Positions 38,095 through 47,582 of a DNA stretch of 64,000 bases are shown piece by piece. The notes under the pieces were generated by a model. That model saw only the letters and a list, made by a program, of their open reading frames with translations, was not told the DNA's origin and ran no database searches. The first letter of the stretch is position 1; each line of letters opens with the position of its first letter. The DNA is from Candidatus Nanopelagicales bacterium (GTDB lineage: Bacteria; Actinomycetota; Actinomycetes; S36-B12), in contig JAURME010000119.1 of the NCBI GenBank assembly GCA_030830865.1, forward strand, positions 10,532 to 74,531, given 5' to 3'. The translations under genes and the position numbers were made by a program.

Positions 38095-38172
38095 GGAAGC
38101 GTAGGTACCTGAGTCAAGCAGAGCCGCGCGTGATTCTCCGAGCGTCTGGCCTGTCTAGAGTTCTGCTGACCG

Positions 38173-38246
38173 TCCCCGGTCGTCTAGTGGCAGGACAGCG
38201 GACTTTGAATCCGTCAACGGAGGTTCGACCCCTCCCCGGGGAGCCA
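38173..38246 (+). tRNA. tRNA-Gln (anticodon UUG), CCA encoded
   Basis: Manual cloverleaf. Acceptor TCCCCGG/CCGGGGA with U1-A72 and G73, anticodon stem GCGGA/TCCGT with loop CTTTGAA, T arm GGAGG-TTCGACC-CCTCC. Confidence 0.85.
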
Positions 38247-38318
38247 AGCCCTCACGGGCCGTTTCCAACTCTCAAGAGGAGTCGCGCCCGCGCTTCAGTG
38301 TCGCCCGGTCCAGCACCC

Positions 38319-38350
38319 CGGGGCCGTCCGCGTTCTAGTCGACGGCCCCG
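38319..38350. terminator. stem-loop between tRNA-Gln and the convergent EAL gene
   Basis: CGGGGCCGTC (38319-38328) pairs perfectly with GACGGCCCCG (38341-38350), with a 12-nt loop. Confidence 0.45.
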
Positions 38351-38412
38351 ATCTTGCTCGGACCGACGCTCTGGTCGCCTCTTCCGAAGCGGTCGCTCCG
38401 GACCCGCCGTCG

Positions 38413-41292
38413 CTAGACCCGCTCCCAGATCGGCTCCGGCTCCGGACGGCCGAAGAGGTAGCCCTGGCCGCACGTCCAGCCCGCCTCCCGCAACAAGGTG
38501 GCCTGGTCGTCCGTCTCGATCCCCTCCGCGATCGGATTGAGGTTGAGTCCCCGCACCAACGACGCGATTCCGGCGACGACGTCGAGGCTGGTGCGGTCAT
38601 CGGCTCGCAGGCTCGACACGAACGAACGGTCGAGCTTCACACCGGTGAAGGGGATCCTGCGGAGCACGCCGATGGAGGCGTACCCCACGCCGAAATCGTC
38701 GAGCTCGAGCCCGAAGCCCTGTCGCCGCAGGGCCTCCAGGTTGATGACGGCCTCATCGGTCAGCGTCAGTGTCGTGGTCTCCGTCAGCTCGACCGTGATG
38801 CGCTGCGGGTCGACGCCCGCACGAGCCACCGCCCCCAGGAAGCGGTCCAGCCACCCTGAATCCGTGAGCTCGATGGCGGACACGTTGATCGAGATGGCAC
38901 CGGGCAGGTCGGGCTGGGCCGACAGGACCGCGAGAACCTGGTCGAGGACCTGGGGCCCGAGTCGGGTGATGAGTCCGGAGGACTCAAGCGCATCGATGAA
39001 GGTGATCGGGGCGCGAAGACCCTCGGACGGGTGCTGCCAGCGCACCAGCGCCTCGAACCCGGTGACCGACCGATCCGCGAGACTGACCTTCGGCTGGTAG
39101 TAGACGACGAACTGACGCTCGGTGAGGGCACCCAGCAGTTCGTCCTCCTGGCGAAGCGCCACCTCGACACCCTCGGATTGATTCTTGGCTTCGGCAAGGT
39201 GCCAACGGGATCGTCCACGCGTCTTGGCGGTGGTGAGAGCGTCATCCGCGGCGCGGAGAAGGGTCTCTGCGGTCGAGGCGGAGTCCGACACCGCGATGCC
39301 GATACTGGCCGTGCGACTGAACTTCAGCCCGCGAAAGGTGAACTCACCCGCCAGGCGGTCCAACAGGAGGCTGGCGCTGTCCGCCAGCACGTCATCGTCA
39401 TCGGTCGGCAGGGGACTGAGCACGGCAGCGAAGACGTGGCCGTCGAGACGGGCCACCTGCCACGCACCCGAGAGCTCGCCACGGACCAGATCCGCCAGTT
39501 CGGCGAGCATCTCATCCCCCGCCTGCTGCCCATGGGTGCGATTGATGACGAGGAACTCAGCGAGATCGATGAGCAGCACACCGACCTGATGACCCGGCTG
39601 GCTCAGCACCTCCCGCAGCCGGTTCATGAGCCAGCGTCGCGAATACAGGCCGGTGACCGAGTCAATGTCAACCGCCCGTTGCAGACCTTCACGTGACTCG
39701 ATGAGGGCCGTCACGTCAACGGCCTGCCGCAGGGACTGCGGCGGCAGACCCTCGATCTCGGGCATCTTGATCTCGCTTACGTCAGCCCACTTGTCGCGGC
39801 CCTGCCCCGTGACGAACCGCAGGATCATCTCGAAGTTCTCGATCTCGCCTCGTTCCAGACGCTCGTGTGCTTCGCCGTAGCGGATCCGGTCCTCCGGGCG
39901 CATGAAGGCATGTGGGCCGCCCCGGGAAATCAGTTCGTCTTGGTCGATCTCGAGGAACTCGCACATCGCGTCGTTGTAGATGCGGAAGCCGCGATCAATA
40001 TCGCCGTACCCCGTGGGTGTGGCACTGCGCTGGATCGAGGACACGAACTCCTCGCGTGTGCGCTCCGCCGCGTCCTTCGCGGCCTGCAGGGCGACGGCGT
40101 CCCTGCGCACTTCAGCGGTGACATCGGTGAGGGAGCCGTGCCACAGGCCATCGACTCCGTCCCGATGAGAGGGTGTCGCCTGCATCAGCAGCCACCGCTC
40201 GCTTCTCTCGTCATGGATCTGGAACTGGACCCGCCACGGCTCGCGACGTCGCATCGCCTGGTCCACGACCTCACGCTCTGGCTCGGGCAGGAAGTGGAGG
40301 ATCCCCACCGCCGCAGTCTCGGCCGGCGTGGGACCCAGAAGGTGCTCCACTGCGGAACTGACGAAGCGAGTCTCGACCTCGGCGTTCGGGGTGAGGAGGA
40401 GTTCGAAGAGCGCACTCGGCGCCTCATCCGCGACCGAAGCGAGGCGGAGATCCAGCTCTCGTGCCCTCTGGCGTGCGCGGAGCAGGACGACGACACCGAA
40501 CCCAGCCAGCAGCGAGAGAGCGATTCCGACGAGCGCCGTGGGGACTGCCTCGGTGCGGGAATGGCTTGTCGAAAGCGTGAGGACCCACTCCTCGGCTGGC
40601 ACTGTCAGGGTGGTGCTGTCGCGGTGCTGGAGACTCCCCTGCTCGCCGACCTCGCCGAGGATGACGTCCCCGCTGACCGCGTCAGAGACGGCAGCCGCGG
40701 TCGCTGATCCCATGAGGTACACAGTCGGGTCAAGGGTGGCAGCGTCAATGACCACGCTGACCATGCCCCAGTAGTCGCCGTCGATGATGATCGGCTCCCG
40801 GTAGATGAAGGCCTCCCCGCCTTCGATGAGCGTGACCGGCCCGAGCAGAGCGGGCGCGCCGGAGTCAATGACGGCCTTGATTCCGGGCCATTGCTCTGTC
40901 AGGTCCTCGTAGCGCAGACCCAGTGCCGCCTCGTTCCCGGCGATCGGTGCGATGAAGTCCATGCGGTTTCCCGGCGCCAGGGTGATGTTCCTCCAGTCAG
41001 GGTTATCGGAGACCAGCCTGTCCAGGTACTCCTGGGTGCCGTCAGGAGGCAATTGACCGTCGTTCACTGCCACGAACGCCGTGACGGCGTCCGCTGCCTC
41101 CGAAACGGGCACCAGCACGCCGAGGATGTTGTCCCGGATGCGCTGGCTGACCAAGGAGGCCACCTGATCCTCACGGTCTTCGGTCTCCCGGTCCACCAGA
41201 GTGGCCGCGCCGAGGGTGAGAGTGGCACCGACGAGGAAGGTCGCAGCCGCGGCGAGCCACGGGAATAGCGTCGGTGATAGCCGGCTGCGCAC
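38413..41292 (-). CDS. membrane sensor: CHASE-like periplasmic domain, PAS repeats, degenerate GGDEF and an intact EAL phosphodiesterase domain
   Basis: GTG at 41292 lies 5 nt after AGGAG; ATG at 41382 is an alternative. TM1, a CHASE-like segment (NEAALGLRYEDL...GPVTLIEGGEAFIYREPI), then TM2. The GGDEF signature reads RLDGHVF. EAL motifs EALVRW, ELTE, DDFGVGY, KLDRSF, EGIET and QGYLFGRP are intact. Confidence 0.85.
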   Translation of the reverse strand: MRSRLSPTLFPWLAAAATFLVGATLTLGAATLVDRETEDREDQVASLVSQRIRDNILGVLVPVSEAADAVTAFVAVNDGQLPPDGTQEYLDRLVSDNPDWRNITLAPGNRMDFIAPIAGNEAALGLRYEDLTEQWPGIKAVIDSGAPALLGPVTLIEGGEAFIYREPIIIDGDYWGMVSVVIDAATLDPTVYLMGSATAAAVSDAVSGDVILGEVGEQGSLQHRDSTTLTVPAEEWVLTLSTSHSRTEAVPTALVGIALSLLAGFGVVVLLRARQRARELDLRLASVADEAPSALFELLLTPNAEVETRFVSSAVEHLLGPTPAETAAVGILHFLPEPEREVVDQAMRRREPWRVQFQIHDERSERWLLMQATPSHRDGVDGLWHGSLTDVTAEVRRDAVALQAAKDAAERTREEFVSSIQRSATPTGYGDIDRGFRIYNDAMCEFLEIDQDELISRGGPHAFMRPEDRIRYGEAHERLERGEIENFEMILRFVTGQGRDKWADVSEIKMPEIEGLPPQSLRQAVDVTALIESREGLQRAVDIDSVTGLYSRRWLMNRLREVLSQPGHQVGVLLIDLAEFLVINRTHGQQAGDEMLAELADLVRGELSGAWQVARLDGHVFAAVLSPLPTDDDDVLADSASLLLDRLAGEFTFRGLKFSRTASIGIAVSDSASTAETLLRAADDALTTAKTRGRSRWHLAEAKNQSEGVEVALRQEDELLGALTERQFVVYYQPKVSLADRSVTGFEALVRWQHPSEGLRAPITFIDALESSGLITRLGPQVLDQVLAVLSAQPDLPGAISINVSAIELTDSGWLDRFLGAVARAGVDPQRITVELTETTTLTLTDEAVINLEALRRQGFGLELDDFGVGYASIGVLRRIPFTGVKLDRSFVSSLRADDRTSLDVVAGIASLVRGLNLNPIAEGIETDDQATLLREAGWTCGQGYLFGRPEPEPIWERV

Positions 41293-41560
41293 TGGCACTC
41301 CTCTGCGCGTTGACCCTGTGTGTTCCCGTCCTGTCCACGAGCGTACCCACGCTCGGTCGGCTCGTCGTCGTGAACAACCCATGCCCCACGTGGTGTGGCA
41401 GCGGGCCGGGCTCACCTGCCCGATGGCGTTCCGGAAGGGCAAGCGGTCTGGCCAGCACGCCTGGGGGCGCCGCCGGGTGCCCACCACGACGGCCAGAAGG
41501 GACCGGTCATGTTGCGCGAGTGACGAGACATAGCTCCTGTTCCACGGCTACCTTGGGCGG

Positions 41561-42808
41561 GTGACCATGCTCCGAACACGTGCGCTCCGCCCGGCCCTCG
41601 CTTGTCTCCTGGCGCTGGGCGTCACCGCTGTCGTCACCCCATCGGCGTCCGCGGCTGGAGTCTCGGGGGCCACGTGGGTGGCGTCCCCCAACGGGCTGGT
41701 CGGCGTCCAGCAGTCCGTCGTCATCAGGGCCGGCAAGGCCAAGAAGGTCGCCGGCCAGGTCGTCACCGTCACCTTCACCCCGCCGGGCGGCACGCCCTTC
41801 TCCGGCCAGACGGCCGTGAACTCGGCCGGCTTCGCCGCCATCCCGTGGATGCCGTCGACCGCTGGCACGTGGACGGTCGCCGCCTCCGTCGGCGGCACCG
41901 CGCTCCCGGCCACCACCGTGGCGGTGGCCGCCATGCCCACCGAGGTGGACCTCCTCGCCCCCGCTCAGGTGGCGGCGAACAGCGCGACGAGCGTGCGGGT
42001 CCTTGTGATGGCCCTCGCCGGCCCCATCACCCCGAGCGGCACCATCACGCTGAAGGACCAGAACGGCAACACCGTCGGCACGGGAACCCTCGGCCCAAGC
42101 GCCGTCGCCGGCACCGCGGTTGCCGATGTCGGCTGGACGCCGTCCTCGGGCACCACGGCCCTCACCGCGACCTACACCCCCACCAACGGAACCTGGTCCG
42201 GCTCGACCAGCGGCATCGCCCGACCGTCCATCGGCGGCACCCCGACGATCACCATGCGCATGCCGGAGGACCTGTTCAGCAGCGTGCCAGTGACGCTCAC
42301 CGCGATCTCCTCCTCCGGGACCCCGGCCGGAGGCGTCGCGTTCTCCCTCAACATCGACGGCTTCCTCTACTACCCCATGGGCGGATCGAAGGGCATCAAC
42401 ACCGGCCCGCAGGGCGTCGACTTCTCCTGGACGCCCGGCAGCACGGGCTACCAGACGGTCCAACTGTCCTACGCCTCCAACAGCTTCGGCACCAACGCGA
42501 ACTCCAGCCAGCAGGTCAATGTGGCGGCGGCACCCACGCCGGACACGATCACCCTCACCTCAGTGGGCAGCGGGCCGTGGGAGCCCGGAGCGGTCGGTTC
42601 CTCGCCGACCGGTCTCACCCTCGCGCTGTCAGGAGCGTCAAAGTCCGGGAACACCGTCACCCTGAGCACCGATGGGCCGTGTCAGGTCCAGGGCGCCGAC
42701 CTCACCCTGCTGTCACCGGGAACCTGCGTGGTCACGGCCGCCTCGCTGGGCAACGGCGGCAGCCTGACGCCCAGCACGTCGGCCTACACCGTGACCATCA
42801 CGAAGTAG
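41561..42808 (+). CDS. secreted protein with repeated Ig-like (bacterial Ig/Big-type) beta-sandwich segments
   Basis: Signal peptide ...VVTPSASAAG. Thr/Ser/Gly/Val-rich repeats of roughly 90-100 aa (e.g. VTVTFTPPGG..., GTITLKDQNGNTVGTG...). No LPXTG motif or lipobox. The off-frame ORF 41602..42882 is rejected. Confidence 0.7.
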   Translation: MTMLRTRALRPALACLLALGVTAVVTPSASAAGVSGATWVASPNGLVGVQQSVVIRAGKAKKVAGQVVTVTFTPPGGTPFSGQTAVNSAGFAAIPWMPSTAGTWTVAASVGGTALPATTVAVAAMPTEVDLLAPAQVAANSATSVRVLVMALAGPITPSGTITLKDQNGNTVGTGTLGPSAVAGTAVADVGWTPSSGTTALTATYTPTNGTWSGSTSGIARPSIGGTPTITMRMPEDLFSSVPVTLTAISSSGTPAGGVAFSLNIDGFLYYPMGGSKGINTGPQGVDFSWTPGSTGYQTVQLSYASNSFGTNANSSQQVNVAAAPTPDTITLTSVGSGPWEPGAVGSSPTGLTLALSGASKSGNTVTLSTDGPCQVQGADLTLLSPGTCVVTAASLGNGGSLTPSTSAYTVTITK

Positions 42809-42884
42809 CGCCCCTGAGGGTGGATAGGCTGGGAGCGCCTTCCCCGGCCGACCGCGCGGCCCGCCGCGCCCGACCCGACTGAGG

Positions 42885-44387
42885 ATGCCCGTGAGCAGTC
42901 GTCGACCGTCCGTCGTCGTCATCCTCGCCGCCGGCGAGGGCACCCGCATGAAGTCGTCGACCCCCAAGGTCCTGCACGCGATGGCCGGTCGCTCGCTGCT
43001 GGGCCACGTCATCGAGGCGGCGTCAACCCTCGAACCGCACCACCTCGTCGTCGTCGTGGGTCACGGCAGGGATCAGGTGCAGGCGCACGTCGACGAGGTC
43101 GCCCCGTGGGCCGTGACGGTCGTGCAGGAGCAGCAGAACGGCACCGGTCACGCGGTCCGCGTCGCGCTCTCCGGCCTTGCCGAGCGAGGCATCGAGGTCG
43201 ACTCCGGGCCGGTTGTCGTCCTCACCGGCGACACCCCGCTGCTGACCGGCGGCACCCTCGTCAACCTCATGATCGAGCACGACGCGACGTCCGCCGCGGC
43301 CACCGTGCTCACCACGCGGCTCGACGACCCCACCGGCTACGGCCGCATCGTGCGGTCCGCGGACGGATCGGTCGCAGCGATCGTCGAGCACCGTGACGCC
43401 GATGAGGCGCAGCTGCGCATCGACGAGATCAACTCCGGCATGTATGCCTTCGACTCCGGTGCCCTCGCCTCGGCCCTCGGACGCATCACCACCGACAACT
43501 CGCAGGGCGAGGAGTACCTGACCGACGTCATCTCCCTGCTTCGCGGCGACGGGCTGATCGTCTCCGCCTCTGTCTGCCCCGACGCCGACGACATCCTGGG
43601 TGTTAACGATCGCGTCCAGCTCGCCGAGGCCGCCGCCATCATGCGCGACCGCATCAACGTCGCCTGGATGCGCGCTGGCGTCACCATGGCGGATCCCGCG
43701 ACGACCTGGCTCGACGTCGACGTCGAGCTCGAGAGCGACGTCGTCCTGCGCCCGCAGGTCACTCTCCGTGGTCCGACGTCCGTCGCCTCGGGTGCGGTCG
43801 TTGGACCGGGCACGACCCTGACGTCCTGCGAGGTCGGCTCGGGTGCCGAGGTCATCCACACGTGGGCCGAGCTCGCCGTGATCGGCGAGGGCGCGAAGGT
43901 CGGCCCGTTCACCTACCTGCGTCCGGGCACGGTCATGGGCGCGGGCACCAAGGCGGGCGCCTACGTCGAGATCAAGAACTCGACCCTCGGTGACGGTGCG
44001 AAGGTGCCGCACCTGTCCTACGTGGGTGACGCGGATATCGGCGCGGGATCGAACATCGGCGCCGCGACGGTCACCGTGAACTACGACGGCGTCGAGAAGC
44101 ACCGCACCGTGGTGGGCGAGCACGCTCGGATCGGAAGTGACACCATGCTTGTCGCTCCGGTCGAGGTGGGCGACGGTGCGTACACCGCGGCCGGCTCGGT
44201 CATCACCGAAGACGTCCCCCCCGGAGCGATGGCCGTGGGTCGATCCCGCCAGCGCAATGTCGAGGGGTGGGTCGAACGACGACGTGCCGGCTCACCCGCT
44301 GCCGAGGCAGCCGAGCGCGCCCGGCAGGATGCTGCTGCCACCCCCGAGCAAGGCCAGACCCCCGAGCAAGGCGAGGAGCCCCAGTGA
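42885..44387 (+). CDS. glmU: bifunctional UDP-N-acetylglucosamine diphosphorylase / glucosamine-1-phosphate N-acetyltransferase
   Basis: [11 protein letters not shown] motif and C-terminal hexapeptide repeats. GTG at 42891 (after GAGGA) is an alternative start. Confidence 0.93.
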   Translation: MPVSSRRPSVVVILAAGEGTRMKSSTPKVLHAMAGRSLLGHVIEAASTLEPHHLVVVVGHGRDQVQAHVDEVAPWAVTVVQEQQNGTGHAVRVALSGLAERGIEVDSGPVVVLTGDTPLLTGGTLVNLMIEHDATSAAATVLTTRLDDPTGYGRIVRSADGSVAAIVEHRDADEAQLRIDEINSGMYAFDSGALASALGRITTDNSQGEEYLTDVISLLRGDGLIVSASVCPDADDILGVNDRVQLAEAAAIMRDRINVAWMRAGVTMADPATTWLDVDVELESDVVLRPQVTLRGPTSVASGAVVGPGTTLTSCEVGSGAEVIHTWAELAVIGEGAKVGPFTYLRPGTVMGAGTKAGAYVEIKNSTLGDGAKVPHLSYVGDADIGAGSNIGAATVTVNYDGVEKHRTVVGEHARIGSDTMLVAPVEVGDGAYTAAGSVITEDVPPGAMAVGRSRQRNVEGWVERRRAGSPAAEAAERARQDAAATPEQGQTPEQGEEPQ

Positions 44388-45385
44388 CACACCTGTCGGT
44401 ACCCACCGAGAAGCGGCTCGTCCTGCTGGCCGGCCGGTCCTATCCGGAACTGGCACAGGAGGTGGCTGACGACATCGGGATCGCGCTGTCGCCGGTGATG
44501 GCCTACGACTTCGCCAACGGTGAGATCTTCGTCCGCTTCCAGGAATCCGTGCGTGGCACCGACGCGTTCGTCCTGCAGAGCCACACGACGCCGATCAACA
44601 CGTGGATCATGGAACAACTCATCATGGTCGACGCACTGAAGCGGGCGTCCGCCAAGCGCATCACCGTCATCGTGCCCTTCTACGGCTATGCCCGTCAGGA
44701 CAAGAAGCACCGCGGCCGCGAGCCGATCTCCGCCCGGCTCATCGCGGACCTGTTCAAGGCCGCCGGTGCCGACCGCCTCATGACCGTCGACCTGCACACC
44801 TCGCAGATCCAGGGCTTCTTCGACGGCCCCGTCGACCACCTCTTCGCCATGCCGATCCTTGCTCGCCACGTCGCGTCCCGCATTCCGCGCGATGAGATCA
44901 CGGTCGTCTCCCCAGACGCGGGTCGGGTGCGCGTGGCCGAGCGCTGGACCGACGTCCTCGGGGCTCCGCTCGCGATCATCCACAAGCGGCGCGATCCGGA
45001 TGTCCCGAACCAGGTGAAGGTCCTCGAGGTCGTCGGTGATGTCCAAGGACGCACCTGTGTGCTCGTCGACGACATGATCGACACCGGTGGCACGATCGTG
45101 AAGGCGGCTGAGACCCTGTTCGACAACGGGGCCAAGGACGTCATCGTCGCCGCGACCCACGGAATCCTCAGCGATCCCGCGCGTGAGCGCCTGCAGGAGT
45201 CCCGCATCTCCGAGGTCATCGTGACCAACACGCTGCCCATCCCGGACGAGCACCGCTTCGACAAGCTCACGATCCTGTCGATCGCCCCGATCCTGTCCAA
45301 GGCCATCACGGAGGTCTTCACGGATGGCTCGGTGACGAGCATGTTCGAGGGTGATGCGGTGGAGTCTGAGGCCTCCTCGCACTGA
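44384..45385 (+). CDS. prs: ribose-phosphate diphosphokinase
   Basis: GTG at 44384 overlaps the glmU stop. Motifs [11 protein letters not shown] and [12 protein letters not shown]. Confidence 0.93.
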   Translation: MTHLSVPTEKRLVLLAGRSYPELAQEVADDIGIALSPVMAYDFANGEIFVRFQESVRGTDAFVLQSHTTPINTWIMEQLIMVDALKRASAKRITVIVPFYGYARQDKKHRGREPISARLIADLFKAAGADRLMTVDLHTSQIQGFFDGPVDHLFAMPILARHVASRIPRDEITVVSPDAGRVRVAERWTDVLGAPLAIIHKRRDPDVPNQVKVLEVVGDVQGRTCVLVDDMIDTGGTIVKAAETLFDNGAKDVIVAATHGILSDPARERLQESRISEVIVTNTLPIPDEHRFDKLTILSIAPILSKAITEVFTDGSVTSMFEGDAVESEASSH

Positions 45386-45560
45386 GCGACCCCTCGCCCC
45401 GGGGGTGGTCGGGAGCACTCTGTGGGCCGGGGTAGACTTCTCACGCCCTCGGCGAGGGTGATGTCCGCAGGCGCAGACCGTGCCCGCGAACACCACCGTG
45501 ATCGACGTGGTCGGCGCCCACTGGCGTTGCCGAGGCGACCGACGACATGAGGAGCAAGAC

Positions 45561-46136
45561 GTGACCACCGTGGCCCTGACCGCCGCTTCCCGTTCCGACT
45601 TCGGCAAGGGTGCTGCCCGCCGCACCCGCCGCGCCGGCCAGACCCCGGGCGTGATCTACGGCGGTGACATCGACCTCCTGCACGTCTCCTTCGACACCCA
45701 CGAGCTCGACCTCGCGCTGCGCAAGCCGCGCGTCGTGCTCTCCGTCACGATCGACGGTCAGACCATCACCACCAAGCCCCGTGACATCCAGCGCGACCCG
45801 GTGAAGCGCACCCTGGAGCACATCGACCTCGTCGTCATCACCGCACGCGAGGCCAAGCTCCGGTCGGAGTACGCCGACGCGATCAAGAAGGTCCACGACG
45901 CGGCCGTCGAGGCCGGAGTCGACCCGAGCGTCGCGGTCCAGATGCTCGAGGCTGCTGTGCACGACGGTGAGGATCCGATGGTCGCCGCCGAGCACGCCGT
46001 CGCCGATGCCGAGGCGCAGGCCCAGGCCTACGCCGAGGCCGCCCGTGCAGCCGGTGCTGCAGCCGATGCGTCGGAGGCTGCAGAAGCGGCCGAGGCCGCC
46101 GAGGGTGCAGAGGCCGGCGAGGCCGCGTCCGAGTAG
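45561..46136 (+). CDS. rplY: 50S ribosomal protein L25/general stress protein Ctc
   Basis: GTG at 45561 after GAGGAG. Motifs GKGAARRTRRAGQTPGVIYGG and DIQRDPVKRTLEHIDL, with an Ala/Glu-rich tail. Confidence 0.88.
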   Translation: MTTVALTAASRSDFGKGAARRTRRAGQTPGVIYGGDIDLLHVSFDTHELDLALRKPRVVLSVTIDGQTITTKPRDIQRDPVKRTLEHIDLVVITAREAKLRSEYADAIKKVHDAAVEAGVDPSVAVQMLEAAVHDGEDPMVAAEHAVADAEAQAQAYAEAARAAGAAADASEAAEAAEAAEGAEAGEAASE

Positions 46137-46145
46137 TACGGATCG

Positions 46146-46733
46146 GTGTCCACCGCTCCCTGGCTGGTTGCCGGTCTCGGCAACCCGGGGCCGGAGTACG
46201 CCGCCACCCGGCACAACATCGGGTTCCTCGTCGTCGATGCCCTCGCCGAGCGCGCAGACGTGAAACTGGCCCGCCACAAGCGGGCCCACACCCTCGCCGC
46301 CGAGGCGAAGGTCGGTGCTCCCGGGTCGATGCATCGCCTGGTGCTCGCCGAGCCGTTGTCGTTCATGAACGAGTCCGGCGGTCCGGTGAAGGCCCTCATG
46401 TCGTTCTACGGCATCGACGCGGATCGACTGATCGTGGTGCATGACGAGCTCGACCTGCCGTTCGCGGATCTCCGGGTGAAGTTCGGTGGAGGGGACAACG
46501 GGCACAACGGACTGAAGAGCATCCGCCGGGCGACGGGCACCGGGGACTTCTTGCGTGTGCGCGCCGGGATCGGGCGCCCTCCGGGTCGTCAGGATCCGGC
46601 GGCCTTCGTGCTCAAGCCGTTCTCCGCGTCCGAGCGCCGGGATCTGCCGGAGTTCGTCGATCGCTGCGCCGACGCCGTCGAGTCGCTGGTCTTCGAGGGA
46701 CTGGAACGCACCCAGAACCGCTTCAACGACTGA
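46146..46733 (+). CDS. pth: peptidyl-tRNA hydrolase
   Basis: Motifs GLGNPGPEYAATRHNIGF and GGGDNGHNGLKS. Confidence 0.92.
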   Translation: MSTAPWLVAGLGNPGPEYAATRHNIGFLVVDALAERADVKLARHKRAHTLAAEAKVGAPGSMHRLVLAEPLSFMNESGGPVKALMSFYGIDADRLIVVHDELDLPFADLRVKFGGGDNGHNGLKSIRRATGTGDFLRVRAGIGRPPGRQDPAAFVLKPFSASERRDLPEFVDRCADAVESLVFEGLERTQNRFND

Positions 46734-46775
46734 CCGCCTGTCGCTGCCTTCGGGCGGGCGCGGAAGGATACGACC

Positions 46776-47582
46776 ATGACGACTGACGCGGAGCTGTCGC
46801 GCGAGGTGGCGCAGGAGGCCGGCCGACTTCTGCTGGACCTGCGGGAGAACTTCGGGCCGATCGACGATAAGGATGCGGCCAACGCCCTGCGCAAGGCCGG
46901 CGACCGCACCGCCCATGAACTGATCATGGAGCGCCTCACGGCGGCCCGTCCCGATGACGCCATCCTCAGCGAGGAGGGCAAGGACAATGCCGACCGACTC
47001 GATGCCGAGCGGGTCTGGATCGTCGACCCGCTGGACGGCACCTTCGAGTACGGCCAGGGGCGCGTGGACTTCGCCGTGCACATCGCACTGTGGGAACCGG
47101 GTCCGCGGATCCTCTCGGCATGCACGGTCGACCTCCCGGCGCAGGGTCTCACCCGGTCGGTGCTCGATGTCGTGAGCGAGCCGGCACCGCTGCCCACGGA
47201 CCGCCCCATTCGCATCGTCGCGTCCCGGAACCGGCCGCCGGCGACGCTTCAGCAGACGGTCGACCTGCTCGCTGAGGCGCTGAGGCGCGACGATGCCAAC
47301 GAGCACGGTGTGGAGATCGTCGACGTCGGGTCCGTCGGTGCGAAGGTCAATGAGATCCTCGCCGGCCGCGCTGATGCCTATGTGCATGACACCGGCTTCT
47401 ACGAGTGGGACGTCGCTGCTCCCTACGGCGTCGCGATGCACTACGGGCTCGTCCCGTCGCACGTCGACGGATCCCCGGTGCTGTTCAACCAGATGCCTCC
47501 CTACGTCACCGACCTCACGGTGAGCCACCCGGCGCTCGTGGGCCCGTTGCGCGCTGCGCTTCAGGAGGCTGCAGCCTCGTGA
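46776..47582 (+). CDS. inositol monophosphatase / 3'(2'),5'-bisphosphate nucleotidase (CysQ-like) family protein
   Basis: Metal-binding motifs LSEEG and WIVDPLDGT. Confidence 0.8.
   Translation: MTTDAELSREVAQEAGRLLLDLRENFGPIDDKDAANALRKAGDRTAHELIMERLTAARPDDAILSEEGKDNADRLDAERVWIVDPLDGTFEYGQGRVDFAVHIALWEPGPRILSACTVDLPAQGLTRSVLDVVSEPAPLPTDRPIRIVASRNRPPATLQQTVDLLAEALRRDDANEHGVEIVDVGSVGAKVNEILAGRADAYVHDTGFYEWDVAAPYGVAMHYGLVPSHVDGSPVLFNQMPPYVTDLTVSHPALVGPLRAALQEAAAS

Noticed and set aside
41602-42882. 426-aa ORF in a second frame on the same strand as the Ig-like repeat protein.
   Set aside because: Its translation is Arg/His/Pro/Gly-rich off-frame sequence. The 41561..42808 frame has a signal peptide, coding-like GC3 and repeated beta-strand-like segments.
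38173-42884. tRNA-Gln-flanked genomic island or integrative element.
   Set aside because: There is no integrase, excisionase or transposase. The only similarity to the tRNA 3' end near 42840-42856 (CCTTCCCCGGCCGACC against CCTCCCCGGGGAGCC) is too weak to be an att repeat. Base composition looks like the rest of the window.
45386-45560. The 175-nt prs-rplY spacer as a ribosomal-protein L25 leader or riboswitch.
   Set aside because: I could find only short, imperfect hairpins (e.g. GCCCTC-GGC-GAGGGT) and recall no consensus to compare against. A prs terminator plus an rplY promoter is sufficient explanation.
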